NCBI GenBank assembly: GCA_038087875.1
Contig: JAXLNO010000408.1
Span: 62,001 to 124,000, forward strand
From: Malacoraja senta
Lineage: Eukaryota
DNA length: 62,000 bases
Direction of reading: 5' to 3'
Shown here in pieces: positions 12,853 through 25,171 of this stretch; position 1 is the stretch's first letter; each line of letters starts with the position of its first letter. Below the pieces are notes generated by a model, which worked only from the letters and a program-made list of their open reading frames with translations, was not told where the DNA came from and made no database searches. A program made the translations under genes and the position numbers.

Positions 12853-13050
12853 GTCTGAAGGAGAATCTCGACCCGAAATGTCACCTATTGCATCTTTCCA
12901 GAGATGCTGCCTGACCCGCTGAGTTACTCCAGCACTGTGTCTGTGAAACGTCACCTATCCATGTTCTCCACAGATGCTGCCTGACCCGCTGAGTTACTCC
13001 AGCGTTACTCTGTGAAACGTCACCTATCCATGTTCTCCACAGATGCTGCT
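12853..13050 (+). repeat. Tandem Penelope-terminal-derived ~66-bp repeats
   Basis: Repeated GAAACGTCACCTATCCATGTTCTCCACAGATGCTGCCTGACCCGCTGAGTTACTCCAGC, preceded by a decayed CTGAAG..GACCCGAAA motif. Confidence 0.7.
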
Positions 13051-13499
13051 GGATGAGAATCTGAAGCAAAGAAGTCAAAGCCAAAGAACCGAATGGAAAC
13101 GAGGTCGAAACGCCAATAAACTGAAAGAGTATGAAGACGAAACGCTTACTAACCGAAAGGATGGGACGCCTAAATGCAAACTAACTGAAAGGACGGGACG
13201 CCTAAAAGCCAACGGACCGACTGCCGCTCAACAGAAAAGTCCAATAACGGACTTGACTTTGCCGGGGGGGCGGGACTTGTCAGCGATTGGTCCAGACCCC
13301 CGCGTCCATCACATCACTGTGAAGGCAGGAACATTGTCCCAAACCTCCGCTCCACCCGATCCGCAGCCCGCGGAGGGTAGCCGTGGGAGAGTGGGGGGTG
13401 TCCCGAGGGATGCACACCTTCGGCCGCTTACAACTTGGTGCTTGGGTTCAGATTGCCCAGTCACCTATGGCTTGTGTGGGAAAATGAACCTCACGCTCC

Positions 13500-14380
13500 C
13501 GTCTCCCCCCTCTCTCTCAATTTCTCTCTCTCCCTTCTCTCTCTCCCCTCTCTCTCTCTCAATTTCTCTCTCCCCTCTTCTCACTCTCCTCCTCTCTCTC
13601 CACTCTTCTCTCCTCCTCTCTCTCACTCTTCTCTCCTCCTCTCTCTCCCCTCTTCTCTCTCCTCTTCTCTCTCTCCTCATCTCTCTCCCCTCTTCTTTCT
13701 CTCCCTTCTCTCTCTCCGCCTCTCTCCCTCCCTTCGCTCTCTCCCCCTCTCTCTTCCCCTTCTCTCTCTCCCCTCTTATCTCTCCCCCCTCTCTCCCTCC
13801 CCCTCTCTCTCTCCCTTCTCTCTCTCCCCCTTCTCTCTCCACCTCTCTCCCTTCTCTCTCTCCGCCTCTCTCGCTCCCCTCTCTCTCCCTTCCCTCTCTC
13901 CCCCTCTCTCCCTCTCTTCTCTCACACCCCCTTCTCTCTCTCCTCCTCTCTCTTCCCCTCTTCTCTCCCCCCCTCTCTCTCCCTCCCTTCTCTCTCCTCC
14001 TTTCTCTTCCCCTCCTCCCCTCCCTCTCTCTCCCTTCTCTCTCTCCTCCGTCTCCACCGGCGGGACCCCAATGCACCGCCATCGGACCCCAACCCCCACA
14101 CCGGGTGATTTCCCCCCCCCGACCCCCGGACCATGACACCCACACTGTGTGACTCACCCCCACCCCGACCCCCGGACCCCAACCCCCACACCGGGTGATT
14201 CACCCCCACCCCGACCCCAACCCCCACACTGTGTGATTCACCCCCCCCCGACCCCCGGACCCCAACCCGCACACCGGGTAACCCCCGACCCCTGGACCAT
14301 GACACCCACACTGTGTGATTCACCCCCCCCCGACTCCCGGACCATGACACCCACACCGGGTGATTCACCCCCACCCCGAC
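13500..14380. repeat. CT-rich low-complexity tract followed by a C-rich minisatellite
   Basis: Nearly pure C/T from 13500 to 14050, then repeated GACCCC..CCCACAC(CGG/TGT)GTGATTCACCCC units. Confidence 0.9.
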
Positions 14381-14659
14381 CGCAGGGAAAGACGGCTTGG
14401 GGCAGAGTAAATCGCTTTGAAAACATGGGGGGGACACACACACACATTCTCTGCCGGGTCTATGACAAGTGTGTTTGACAACAAATCATTTTATCTCCTC
14501 CCCCCCCCTGACAAAAAGAAGCACATTTTATTTATTACCGTCTTGGTGTTTGCGGAACGCACACAAGCTCTCAAACAAACAGGCAGCATCTCTGGAGAGA
14601 AGGAGTGGGTGGCGTTTCGTGCCGAGACCATTCTTCAGACCTGAAGAGTCTCGACCCGA

Positions 14660-15012
14660 AATAATATAATATCCAGGGGGTGGTTAGTTTGTGTGTGACG
14701 CCACAGGCCGCCCCTCAAACTCTGCCACCCTGCTCCCTCTGCCCCCTCCTGCTCCCTCACTGCCCCCTGCCACCATCCTCTACCCCTGCCTCTGCCCTGC
14801 CTCTCTCTTTCTCTCTACCCCCCTCCCTCTCCAGGTGCGCCTGCGAGTTGGGGGCTATGCGTGAGTGGATAGGGCGGGGATTGGGGAAAAGGAGCGAATG
14901 AATAATATTAATATATATCAAGGGGGGTGGTTCGTGTGTGTGTGTGGGAGATGCAGCCCCCCCCTGCAACCGCGCATTGAGGGGATGGGACCCAACGGGT
15001 CCCACTGGTCGA
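14660..15012 (+). mobile_element. Possible non-autonomous Helitron-like element (3' end)
   Basis: Hairpin TGGGACCC-AAC-GGGTCCCA followed by GGTC(G)AGT. Related ends with intact CTAGT occur at ~30686-30713, ~33406-33434 and ~36322-36351. Left boundary uncertain. Confidence 0.45.
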
Positions 15013-15489
15013 GTAAATATTAAAGGTCTGATCTTGGATGTGTGTGTGAGACGCATTAATGGTAAAATGTTTACATATTCTGGTAGTGATTTTTCCCCTG
15101 GCGTTTTTACAAACGCCTCATCTGAAAAATTCATGCTTTATTTCTCGTTATTAATGAAAATGTTCAATAATCTGACAGAACTTCGAAAAAAGACTCTTTC
15201 GCTGATGACGTCACAATAGATCTGCCTGCTGTTCTTCCTCCCGCTGAGTGTGACGTTCCCCCCCCACCGCTCCCTCCTCCCCCCCATCATTCAAAAGTTG
15301 GGCCGTCGACTGAAGACCAAAGATCATAGCTGAAGACAAGCGGCAGAGCCTAACTCGCCCGCTCGCGCCTTGGCTCAGCTCCGGTCCCCGGCTCTCTCTC
15401 TGCATCTCCCCCCTCTCTCTCTCCCCTCATCTATCTCCCCCTCTCTCTCCCCCCCCTCTCTCCCCCCCTCTCTCTTCACTCCTCTTTCG

Positions 15490-15768
15490 CCCTGACACGG
15501 AGGGCCCAACCGCCGGTTATGGGAGCCAAGATCGCCCCAACAACAGAAGGTTCAAGTGCCCGACCGCAGGAGAACAAAGAAGAGTTTGACGTTTTTTTCT
15601 GCCTTCCATCACAGTGAGGGATGTGGAGGAGTCACTGTGGTGGATGTTTATGTTAAAATGTATTTGGTGTGTCTTGTTTCTTTTTATTGGTATGACTGTA
15701 TAACAAATCAAATTCCTTGTATGTTGCAAAACATACTTGGCTAATAAAGTATGATTATGATTATGATG
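15490..15768 (+). mobile_element. GC-rich hairpin-family retroposon, 5'-truncated
   Basis: GCCTTCCATCACAGTGA..TCACTGTGGTGGATG hairpin (15605-15644), TG-rich tract, and AATAAA followed by a (TATGAT)n tail. Confidence 0.75.
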
Positions 15769-16253
15769 AGGCCTTTCGGCCCATCGAGTTTGCTCCATCA
15801 TTCAATCATGACTGATCTATCTCTCCCTCTCAACCCCATTCTGCTGCCTTCTCCCCATAACCCGACACCCGTACTAATCAGGATAATGCCTTTTTCACAA
15901 TCGCGTGCCTAAATCAGCCTTTTTTTACCGTTTTGCTAAAAGGTCGTGCTATTTTCTCTAGTTGTACTGTGATTACAACAATGTTTTCTGTTAACATGTT
16001 AATATTAATGTTATTATTAATGTGTTAACATAGTATAACTTACAAGAAAACTTCCATCACCGGGGCAAAACAGGGGTGCCACCGTCGGTCGTTCATTCGT
16101 TCGTGCCGCTGTCCGCTGGTTCAGTCTTCTCCAAGATCTATTGAAGAAAGAACTGCAGATGCTGGAAAAATCGGAGGTAGCCAAAAATGCTGGAGAAACT
16201 CAGCGAGTGAGGCAGCATTTATACGTGACGTTTTGGGTCGAGACCCTAGTTCA

Positions 16254-19200
16254 TCTAAATGCACGGAGTATTCGAAATAAGATAAATGAATTAACGGTGC
16301 AATTAAGTATATATAGTTATGATATCGTGGCCATTACGGAGACATGGCTGCAAGGGGATCAGGATTGGGAGTTAAATATAGAGGGGTACTCGACAATGAG
16401 AAAAGATAGACAGGAAAGAAAGGGAGGAGGGGTGGCCCTTTTAATAAGGGAGCGAATAACGGCAATAGAGAGGAAGGATATTGCGTTGAAGGATCAGGAT
16501 AGTGAAACAGCTTGGGTACAGATAGAGAATAACAAGGGGAAAAAAACACTAGTGGGTGTAATTTATAGACCTCCAAATAGCTGTGACGCTGTTAGTCAGA
16601 ACATAAATCTGCAAATAGTTGACGCATGTAAAAAGGGAACTGCTGTAATCATGGGGGACTTCAATTTTCATATTAATTGGGCAAACCAAACTGGGCAGGG
16701 TAGACTAGAGGAAGAGTTTATAGAATGTATTAGAGACGGGTTCCTAGAACAGTATGTCACAGAACCGACAAGGGGGGAGGCAATTTTGGATCTGGTCCTG
16801 TGTAATGAAGCAGGATTAATTAAAAATGTCATAGTTAGGGACTCGTTGGGAACAAGTGACCACAATATGGTCGAATTCCATATTCAAATAGAAGGGGAGC
16901 AGGTTGAAACTCAGGCTAGGGTACTTAGTCTAAATAAGGGGGATTATGAAGGTATGAGGACTGAGCTGATCAAAGTTGACTGGGATAGCAGACTCAAGAA
17001 TAAGACGGTACATGAGCAGTGGTGTACGTTTAAGGATCTACTGTATAACCTTCAAGAAAAATTTATTCCTATGAAGAAAAAAAGGGGTAAGGGAAAGAAC
17101 AGTCAGCCATGGCTCAGTAAAACTATAAAGGATAGTATTCGGCTGAAGGCAAGGGCATATAAGGTAGCCAGAGATAGTGGGAGGGTAGAGGATTGGGAAG
17201 CATTTAAAGGTCAGCAAAAAATAACTAAGAGATTAATTAAGACGGGGAAAATAGACTATGAAAGGAATTTAGCGAACAACATAAAAACTAATAGTAAGAG
17301 TTTTTATAGCTATATAAAAAGAAAAAGGGTGGCTAAGGTGAACGTTGGTCCATTGGAGGGTGAGACTGGAGAGTGTTGGTGGGGAACATGGAAATGGCAA
17401 AGGCATTAAACGAGTATTTTGTATCAGTCTTCACCATAGAAGACACAAAAAATATTCCAACGCTGGATAAACAGGGGGCGGATGGAATGGAGGAGCTAAA
17501 TACTATTAAGATCACCAAGGAGGTGGTATTAGGGAAATTAATGAGACTGAAGGAGGATAAATCCCCTGGGCCTGATGGATTACATCCAAGGGTCTTGAGG
17601 GAGATAGCGGTGGGGATTGTGGATGCATTGGTGATAATTTTCCAAAACTCCCTGGAGGCAGGAACGGTCCCAGTGGATTGGAAAATGGCCAATGTAACAC
17701 CTATATTTAAAAAAGGAAGTAAACAGAAGGCGGGTAACTATAGACCGGTTAGTCTAACATCGGTGGTGGGTAAAATGTTAGAGACAATTATTAAAGAAAC
17801 ACTAACGGGGCACTTGGATAAACATGACTTCATCGGACAGAACCAGCATGGTTTTGTGAAGGGGAAGTCCTGTTTAACGAATCTGCTCGAATTCTTTGAG
17901 GAAGTAACAACCCGGGTGGATAAAGGGGAACCGGTGGATGTGGTATACTTGGACTTCCAAAAGGCTTTTGACAAGGTGCCACATAAGAGACTATTGCTAA
18001 AAATAAAAAATTATGGGATTGGGGGTAATATATTAGCATGGGTAGAGGATTGGCTAACAAATAGGAAGCAGAGAGTGGGGATAAATGGTTCATACTCGGG
18101 ATGGCAACCGGTAACTAGCGGGGTTCCGCAAGGGTCGGTGCTGGGACCCCAGTTGTTCACAATTTATATAAATGATTTGGAGGAGGGAACCAAGTGTAAT
18201 ATATCAAAATTTGCGGACGATACAAAAATGGGAGGAAAAGTAGGGGATGAGGAGGATAGGAAGAGTCTGCAAAAGGATATAGATAAGCTAGGTGAGTGGG
18301 CAACAACTTGGCAGATGAAATTTAATACTAATAAATGTGAAGTCATTCACTTTGGGAAAAAAAATGATAGGGCAAGTTATTTTCTAAATGAGGTGGAGCT
18401 GCGTTGTAATGCAACGCAAAGGGATCTAGGGGTAGTAGTACATGAATCACTAAAAGTTAGTATGCAGGTGCAGCAAGCAATCAGGAAGGCCAATGGAGTT
18501 TTGGCCTTTATTGCTAGGGGGATTGAGTATAAAAACACGGAGGTCTTGCTGCAGCTGTACACAGTATTAGTGAGACCACATTTGGAATACTGTGTACAGT
18601 TCTGGGGTCCATACTTAAGAAAGGATGTACTGGCCCTGGAGGCAGTGCAGCGAAGGTTTACAAGATTAATTCCTGCAATGAGGGGATTGACATATGAGGA
18701 AAGGTTAAGTAGGCTGGAACTCTACTCTTTGGAGTTTAGAAGAATGAGAGGCGATCTCATTGAAACATATAAGATCGTGAGGGGCCTTGATCGGGTGGAT
18801 GCACCGAGGATGTTCCCAATGATCGGGGAAACTAGAACTAGGGGACATAGTTGTAGAATAAGGGGGGGCTCTTTTAAAACTGAGATGAGGAAGAACTTCT
18901 TCACCCAGAGGGTGGTTAATTTATGGAATTCACTGCCCCAGGGAGCAGTGGAAGCAGAAACATTAAATATATTTAAGTCTAAAATAGATGTTTTTTTAGC
19001 TGCCAAGGGGATAAGGGGCTACGGGGATAGGGCAGGGATATGGACCTAGGTATGGCTAGTATAGTAAGACCTGAGTGATCTCCTGGACAAGTGTCGATCG
19101 CCTGGATTGGGGTCGGAGAGGAATTTCCCGGATTTTTTTCCCGAATTGGACCTGGGTTTTTATCCGGTTTTTTGCCTCCCCCAGGAGATCACGCGGTTCT

Positions 19201-19377
19201 TGGGGTGGAGAGGGGTGATAGCGGTATAAAGGGGAGGGTAGTGTCTTGTGTTCTGTGTCTTGTGTCTACTGTTTGTGGGTAAGGGTGTCTGTTTAGTGTT
19301 CAGCCATGAGCGAATGGCGGTGCGGGCTCGATGGGCCTGGTGGTCTACTCTCGCACCTACTTTCTATGTTTCTATGT
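16254..19377 (+). mobile_element. Young CR1 LINE, 5'-truncated at the start of the endonuclease; ORF2 intact except one frameshift (~17372)
   Basis: ORFs 16141-17409 and 17373-19049 join into APE+RT (LNARSIRNK..FADDTK); (TTCTATGT)n tail; TSD TTCA 16250-16253/19378-19381; empty site seen at ~8020 in the other duplicate. Confidence 0.97.
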
Positions 19378-19479
19378 TTCAGATTGATGTGGGGGGGGTG
19401 GGAAAAAGAAAGGAAGAGGCGGAGACAGTAGGACTAGAAGGAGAGCTTGGAAGGGGAGGTGGAGGATGGAGAAGGGCTA

Positions 19480-20535
19480 TCTAAAATTATCCAAGCAAAA
19501 TACCTTGTCTCCTCACTACATTTACTGCCGGCCTCAGTCGCAAATCTGAGTTTGAGTGATCTATGCAAGGCATTCATTGATGCTGGAATTCCACTGTGGA
19601 GATTGGAAAACAAATCTCTCAGAGGGTTTTTAGAGAAATACACAGAGGAACATAGACCAAGCGAGTCATCATTACGGAAAAATTATGTTGATAGCAACTT
19701 CAACATTGTTGTGCAGAAAATTAGAGATGAAGTTTCATGCAACAAAATATGGATCTCAATAGGCGAGACAACCGATGCTGTGGGGAGATATGTTTCCAAT
19801 GTGGTCATCGGTACACTGGAGGCAGGTCAACCATCAAAGGAGTATTTGTTGACCGGAAGTATTGGAGAAGTCAAACAGCTCAACTATTGCTCAGTTTATA
19901 TCTTCACTCGTTGTACTTTGGCCAGAAGGTATAAAACATGAGAATGTGACAAAGTTTTATTCCCCAAAATGTTGCATTTGACATGCTTAGCTCAAGGACG
20001 TCATAGAATTGCCAAGCACATACGTAGCTTGTTTCCAAATGTCGATCGCCTAGTTTCCAATGTCAAGAAAATCTTCCTCAATGTACTGTCACATGTACAG
20101 TTGTTCAAGGAAGTGGCACCCGAGATTCCGCTACCTCCTCAGCCCGTTTTGATAAGGTGGGGTACATGGCTCTCTGCTGTACTCTACTATGCTGCAAATT
20201 TTGAAAAGATAAAATAAATCGTCAACTGTTTTGAAGAAGAAGAATCTGGTGCAATCAGGATCGTCAGTGAAATCACGCAGAAAAAGTCCCTCCACCGCGA
20301 TCTTGTGTTTATTGCTTCCAATTTTGCAAACTTCCCACAAGCTATCACTTCCCTTGAGAAACGTGGTGTAACATTAGTGAATAACTTGCGGGTTTTCAAC
20401 AAAGTAACTGGCGATATTTATAAAGTTCCTGGCGATGTAGGTAAAGACATACAAGGAAAATGTGAGAGTGATTTTAGCTAACAAAGATCTTGAAGAAATA
20501 GAAAACATAGCTAAAGTTCTCAAAGGTAATTGTAA
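19480..20535 (+). mobile_element. Second copy of the hAT/CGGBP-like transposase remnant
   Basis: ORFs 19447-19941 and 19969-20217 duplicate 8088-8872; reads through PSESSLRKNY where copy 1 has a stop. Confidence 0.7.
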
Positions 20536-22576
20536 TCCACTCTTGACTCTTGACTTACTCCGCTAATATGTGGGATAGAACTAGTGTACGGGTGATCGGC
20601 GTGGACTCGGTGGGCCGAAGGGCCTGTTTCCACGTTGTATCTTTAAATTAAACTAAAAACACTAAAACCAGAGGGAGTCTACAAAACGGTCTCGACCCGA
20701 AACGTCACCCAATTTCTTCTATCCAGAGATGCTGGCTGCTCCATGGAGTTCCCCCGCACAATTAAAGCATGGAATAGTCTTCACCCTACCATAGTTACCC
20801 AACCAGACGCAACTACATTTAAGGTGGCTCTTTTTTCCCCAAGAACCCTTTTTTGCTTCAGTCCAAGTCAAGAGTCAAGGGAGTTTTATTGTCCTGTGTC
20901 CCAGATAGGACAATGACATTGTTGCTTGCTGCAGCACAACACAATATGTCAACATAATACAGAACAGGAGATAAAGTTCAGTGTGTCTATATACCATAGA
21001 CCATATATATACACAATAAATAAACAGATAAAGTGCAATAGGCTGTTATTGTTCAGAGTTTGAAGTTTGGTGATGGACCCGCCACCACCTCCAGTTTAAA
21101 TTCCATTTAGAATATTTTTGGAGGACCAGGAAACCAGAAGCAAGAGTTACTCCAGGGAGTTACTTCAGCTCCAGCGAGTGATTCTACGTTGATTTTCAGC
21201 GGTCGCGGTGAGGCAGCGACCGGACAGCAACGGCGGCCAGATCTCCCACAATGCAAAGCGAGGGAGAAAGTGCCCAGCGCCGACCAGTTTCCGTGGCAGT
21301 GCGCATGCGCAGGGCGGCCGATGATGTGCTGGCCGTGGTTGTGCGCATGTGCAGGGGGGAGGATGTGCTGGCCGTGATAGTGCGCTTGTGGAAGGCGGCC
21401 GGCCGTGCCGGCGGATGAGGAGCGAGCGAAGAGCGAAGAGACCCGGCGGCCCGGACACGGATACGGGTGGCAGGCGGAGACGGAGAGTGACAGAGAGAGA
21501 GAGATACAGAGGGGGGCCCCACTCAGAGTTAATCGGCAGGTGTCCTGGGTGCTTGCCAAGCCGGGCAAAATGACACAACTTTTAGGTTGCCCAGTGGCCG
21601 AAACATTGTCCCAAACCTCCGCTCCACCCGATCCGCAGCCCGCGGAGGGTGGCCGTGGGAGAGTGGGGGCTGTCCCGAGGGATGCACACCTTCGGCCGCT
21701 TAGGTGGCCATTGGCACCCGGGCAACCGTTAATTTCGAGTCCTGCCTTGAAATTTTGAAGCCCTTTGCTTCAGCCTACGTAGCCTAATGGTAAATCCGGC
21801 TCTGCCTGATGGTGATGCACAAGAAGATCTTGGTGAATACCGGATGAGTATTGTGCAAACTCTGCATCAAGGAAGACCACCGAGGACAATGAAGCTGACT
21901 TTCCATAAGAAGTGACAAACACAGTAAAAAACAACAACTTCTATGTGGATGATTGTTTAAAGGCCATGTCTTCGGAACAGGAAGCAATAAGACCGGTAAC
22001 ACAACTGACTTCCCTCTGCAGAAAGAGAGGATTCATGCTATGAAAGTGGATCGGCAATAGCTGTGTTGGAAACCATTCCAGTCGGGAGCCAAGGAGACCA
22101 GGGAGTTGGATTTGGACAAAGACAATCTGCCAATGGAAAGAGCACTGGGATTACACTGGTGCGTTGAAACGGATGTGTTTATGTTCAGAATCTCGATTCA
22201 GGAGCGACCATGTACAAGACAGGACATCCTATGGTAAATATGCTGGAATGTGGCGGCTTTGGGAATGTAAGGTAACCGCCACTTGGTTTTACTGAGGGTG
22301 ACATTGCATGGTGCTGTGACCCATGTGACTTGTTTCCATGCACTGATGCTTGTCTATGATCTATGATTGGGTAAAGGGGTTGCCCTCCCCCTGTACGTTC
22401 GCGCCGGAATTTTCCGGCAGGTGTATAGGGGTATAAAAGGGTGGTCGAGTCATTGGAGCATGCGCTTGTCTTTTCCTTCTCTTCTGTTTGCTTGAGGCTG
22501 CTGTGGGCTTGAGTGAGTGGATCCGAACTCGGCCCCGCGGTGACCATTAATGAAGGGTTGGACTCCGGTGCTCGAC

Positions 22577-22776
22577 NNNNNNNNNNNNNNNNNNNNNNNN
22601 NNNNNNNNNNNNNNNNNNNNNNNNNNNNNNNNNNNNNNNNNNNNNNNNNNNNNNNNNNNNNNNNNNNNNNNNNNNNNNNNNNNNNNNNNNNNNNNNNNNN
22701 NNNNNNNNNNNNNNNNNNNNNNNNNNNNNNNNNNNNNNNNNNNNNNNNNNNNNNNNNNNNNNNNNNNNNNNNNNNN
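22577..22776. other. Assembly gap (200 N)
   Basis: Run of N. Confidence 1.
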
Positions 22777-23107
22777 CTTCTTCACCGCCCGCTCTGTCCA
22801 CGTGTGTTGCCACTTTAACCCAGTTATGGACTTGGACCCCAACATCCCTCTGTCCATCGCTGCTGTTAATGGTCTTGCCGTTAACTCTAGACCTTCCCCT
22901 TACGTTCAACCTCCCAAAGTGCAACACCTCACACTTGCTGGGATTCAACTCCATTTGTCTGACCTTTCTCTGCCCATTCCCGTCGCTGATCTATAGCCCG
23001 CTGTAAACTTTGACAGCCTTCCTCACAGTCCGTCGCCCCAGTCGTCTCAGTGTCATCTGCAATCTTACTGACCAAGCCCTCTACGTTTACACCCAGGTCA
23101 TTTATAT
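22777..23107 (-). mobile_element. Old CR1 RT fragment; uninterrupted counterpart of the fragment in the triplicated unit
   Basis: Reverse complement matches 28560-28749 joined directly to 29477-29610. Confidence 0.85.
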
Positions 23108-23129
23108 TAAACTGTGTCTGGCCCCAGGT

Positions 23130-23235
23130 GAGAGAGTGTGTGTGTGTGTGTGTCTGTGTGTGTGTGTGTGAGTGTATGTGTGCGTGTGCGTGTGTGTCTG
23201 TGTGAGTGTCTGTGTGTGTGTGTGTCTGTGTGTGT

Positions 23236-23271
<36 letters not shown>

Positions 23272-23630
23272 CATGTGTGTGTGAGTGTCTGTGTGTGTGT
23301 GTGTGTGATTGTGTGTCTGTGTGTGTGTCTGTGTGTGTGTGCATGTCATGTGTGTGTGAGTGTGTGTGTGTGTGTGTGTGAGTGTCTGTGTGTGTGTGTG
23401 AGTGTCTGCGTGCGTGTGTGTGTGTGTGTGTGTGTGTGCGCGTGTCTGCGTGTGTGTGTGTGTGTCTGTGTGAGTCTGTGTGTGTGTGTGAGTGTCTGTG
23501 TGTGTGTCTGTGAGTGTCTGTGTGGGTGTCTGTGTGTGTCTGTGTGCGTGTGCGTGTATATGCGGGGTGTGGGGGTTAGTGGTCGGTGCGGGGGGGTGGG
23601 GGCAGGGTGTGTGTGTGTGTGTGTGTATGC
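23130..23630. repeat. Imperfect (GT)n microsatellite (TOX4 intron)
   Basis: Direct inspection. Confidence 0.97.
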
Positions 23631-23768
23631 GAGTTTGGGGTGGGGGACGTTGCCAGTGTGGGTGGGGGCTGGGTGTGTGGGTGGGGGCAGGGTGTGTGGG
23701 TGGGAGTGGGTGTGGGTAGGGGGAGTATGTCTCTGTGTGTGACCCCCCCTCTCTCCCCTCCCCCACAG

Positions 23769-24296
23769 AGCCCAGCGGAGTGCAGTGATGGGGACCCCCC
23801 GATGTGTGTGGAGGAGTCGGGGTCTCCGTTGCTGTTGGTGACCACCCCCCCCACCCCGGCCCCCCGCCCCCTGGCCCCCGCTGTGGTGGTCTCCCCACGG
23901 CCGGTGTCGGTCACCACGCGCCAGATGGCGGCGGTGAGCCAGGGCCGGCTGACGGTGCTGCCCGCGCGGGTCCTGGCCCCAGCCCCGCAGTTGTTGCAGC
24001 TGCAGCTTCCCATGGCCACCGCACCGCAGCTGCGCATGCAACGCCTGCAGGCCCCCCCTCCCCTGCAGCCCATGCCCCCCCCTCCCCTCATGGCCGCCTC
24101 CCCCCGACCCCCTCCCCTGACCGCCGGCGCCCAGCACAAGCTGCGCCCCCCCCTCTCGCACCCCCCGCCCCTGCAGGTACAGATCATCCAACTCCAGCAG
24201 CTGCCCACCCCCCTCACCCTCCCCTTCACCCTCACCCCCACCCTCAGCACCGAGACCACCACATTCAGCAACAGCACGGCACTCATACACACGCAG
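23769..24296 (+). CDS. TOX4: TOX high mobility group box family member 4, Pro/Gln-rich exon (third from last)
   Basis: Polypyrimidine..CAG acceptor at 23768 and CAG|GTGAG donor at 24297; 528-bp open phase 0/0 exon; ..RLQAPPPLQPM..HKLRPPLSHPPPLQVQII resembles TOX4 PPLQAMQ..QKVRI..PPPLQIK; in frame with the next exons. Confidence 0.8.
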
Positions 24297-24998
24297 GTGA
24301 GGGGCGCGCGGGGGGGGGAGGGGGAGGGGAGGGGTTGGGGAGAGAGAGGGGGAGGGGAGAGAGGGAGAGGGGAGAGGGAGGGAGGGAGAGGGGAGGGGTT
24401 GGGGAGAGAGGGGGGAGGTTGGGGAGGGGAGGGGAGAGAGAGGGGGAGGGGAGGGGGGGAGAGAGGGAGAGGAGCGGGGAGGGGGAGGGGAGGGGTTGGG
24501 GAGAGAGGGAGAGGTTGGGGAGAGGGGAGAGGTTGGGGAGAGGGAGGGAGAGTGGAGGGGTTGGGGAGAGGGAGGGAGAGTGGAGGGGTTGGGGAGAGAG
24601 GGGGAGGGGAGAGGTTGGGGAGAGGTTGGGGAGGGGAGAGGGAGGGAGGGAGAGGGGAGGGGTTGGGGAGAGAGGGGGGGCGGTTGGGGAGGGGAGGGGA
24701 GAGAGAGGGGGAGGGGAGGGGTTGGGGAGAGAGAGGGAGAGGGGAGAGGGGGAGGGGTTGGGGAGAGAGAGGGAGAGGGGAGGGGTTGGGGAGAGGGAGA
24801 GGAGGGGAGAGAAAGGGGGCGAGAGAGAGGGGAGGGGGCAGAAAGGGGAGGGAGAGAGAGGGGGTGTACAGGGGAGGGAGGGGGTGGGGGGAGAGGAAGG
24901 GGAGGGGGTTGTGAGGAGGGGGAGGGAATGAGAGGTGGGGGTCTCTGTGTCGCCCCCCCCCCCCCCGCTCTAACGGTGCTGACATCTCTCTCCCACAG

Positions 24999-25171
24999 AT
25001 GGAGCCCCTCCCCCAGCCACAGGTGAAGGTGGTCCCTGCCCCCCCCTCCCTGCCCCCACCCCCCCCGACCGTGCCCGTCTGTGTGCGTCGAGGCTGCACC
25101 AACTGCCCCGTCACCAACGCAGACTGGGACCGAGAGTACTGCAGCAGCCAATGTGTGGTGCAACACTGCAG
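24999..25171 (+). CDS. TOX4: TOX4 penultimate exon (Cys-rich C-terminal motif)
   Basis: Encodes ..[32 protein letters not shown] versus recalled human CVRSGCENPPIVSKDWDNEYCSNECVVKHC; AG/GT boundaries, phase 0/2. Confidence 0.95.

Larger units (their letters stand above)
15883..22576 (+). repeat. Segmental duplicate of 7651-11133 (hAT remnant, BEL remnant, LTR) carrying an extra CR1; truncated by the gap
   Basis: Collinear, near-identical sequence from ATAATGCCTTTTTCACAATC to GGTGCTCGAC; the ORF track shows duplicated proteins (8624/19969, 10741/22185). Confidence 0.95.

Noticed and set aside
13043..14478. 369-aa and overlapping Leu/Ser/Pro or Gly/Glu/Arg ORFs
   Set aside because: Produced by a stop-free CT low-complexity tract.
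16141..16253. N-terminal extension of CR1 ORF2
   Set aside because: Lies outside the TSD; it is flanking repeat sequence also present at 7910-8020.
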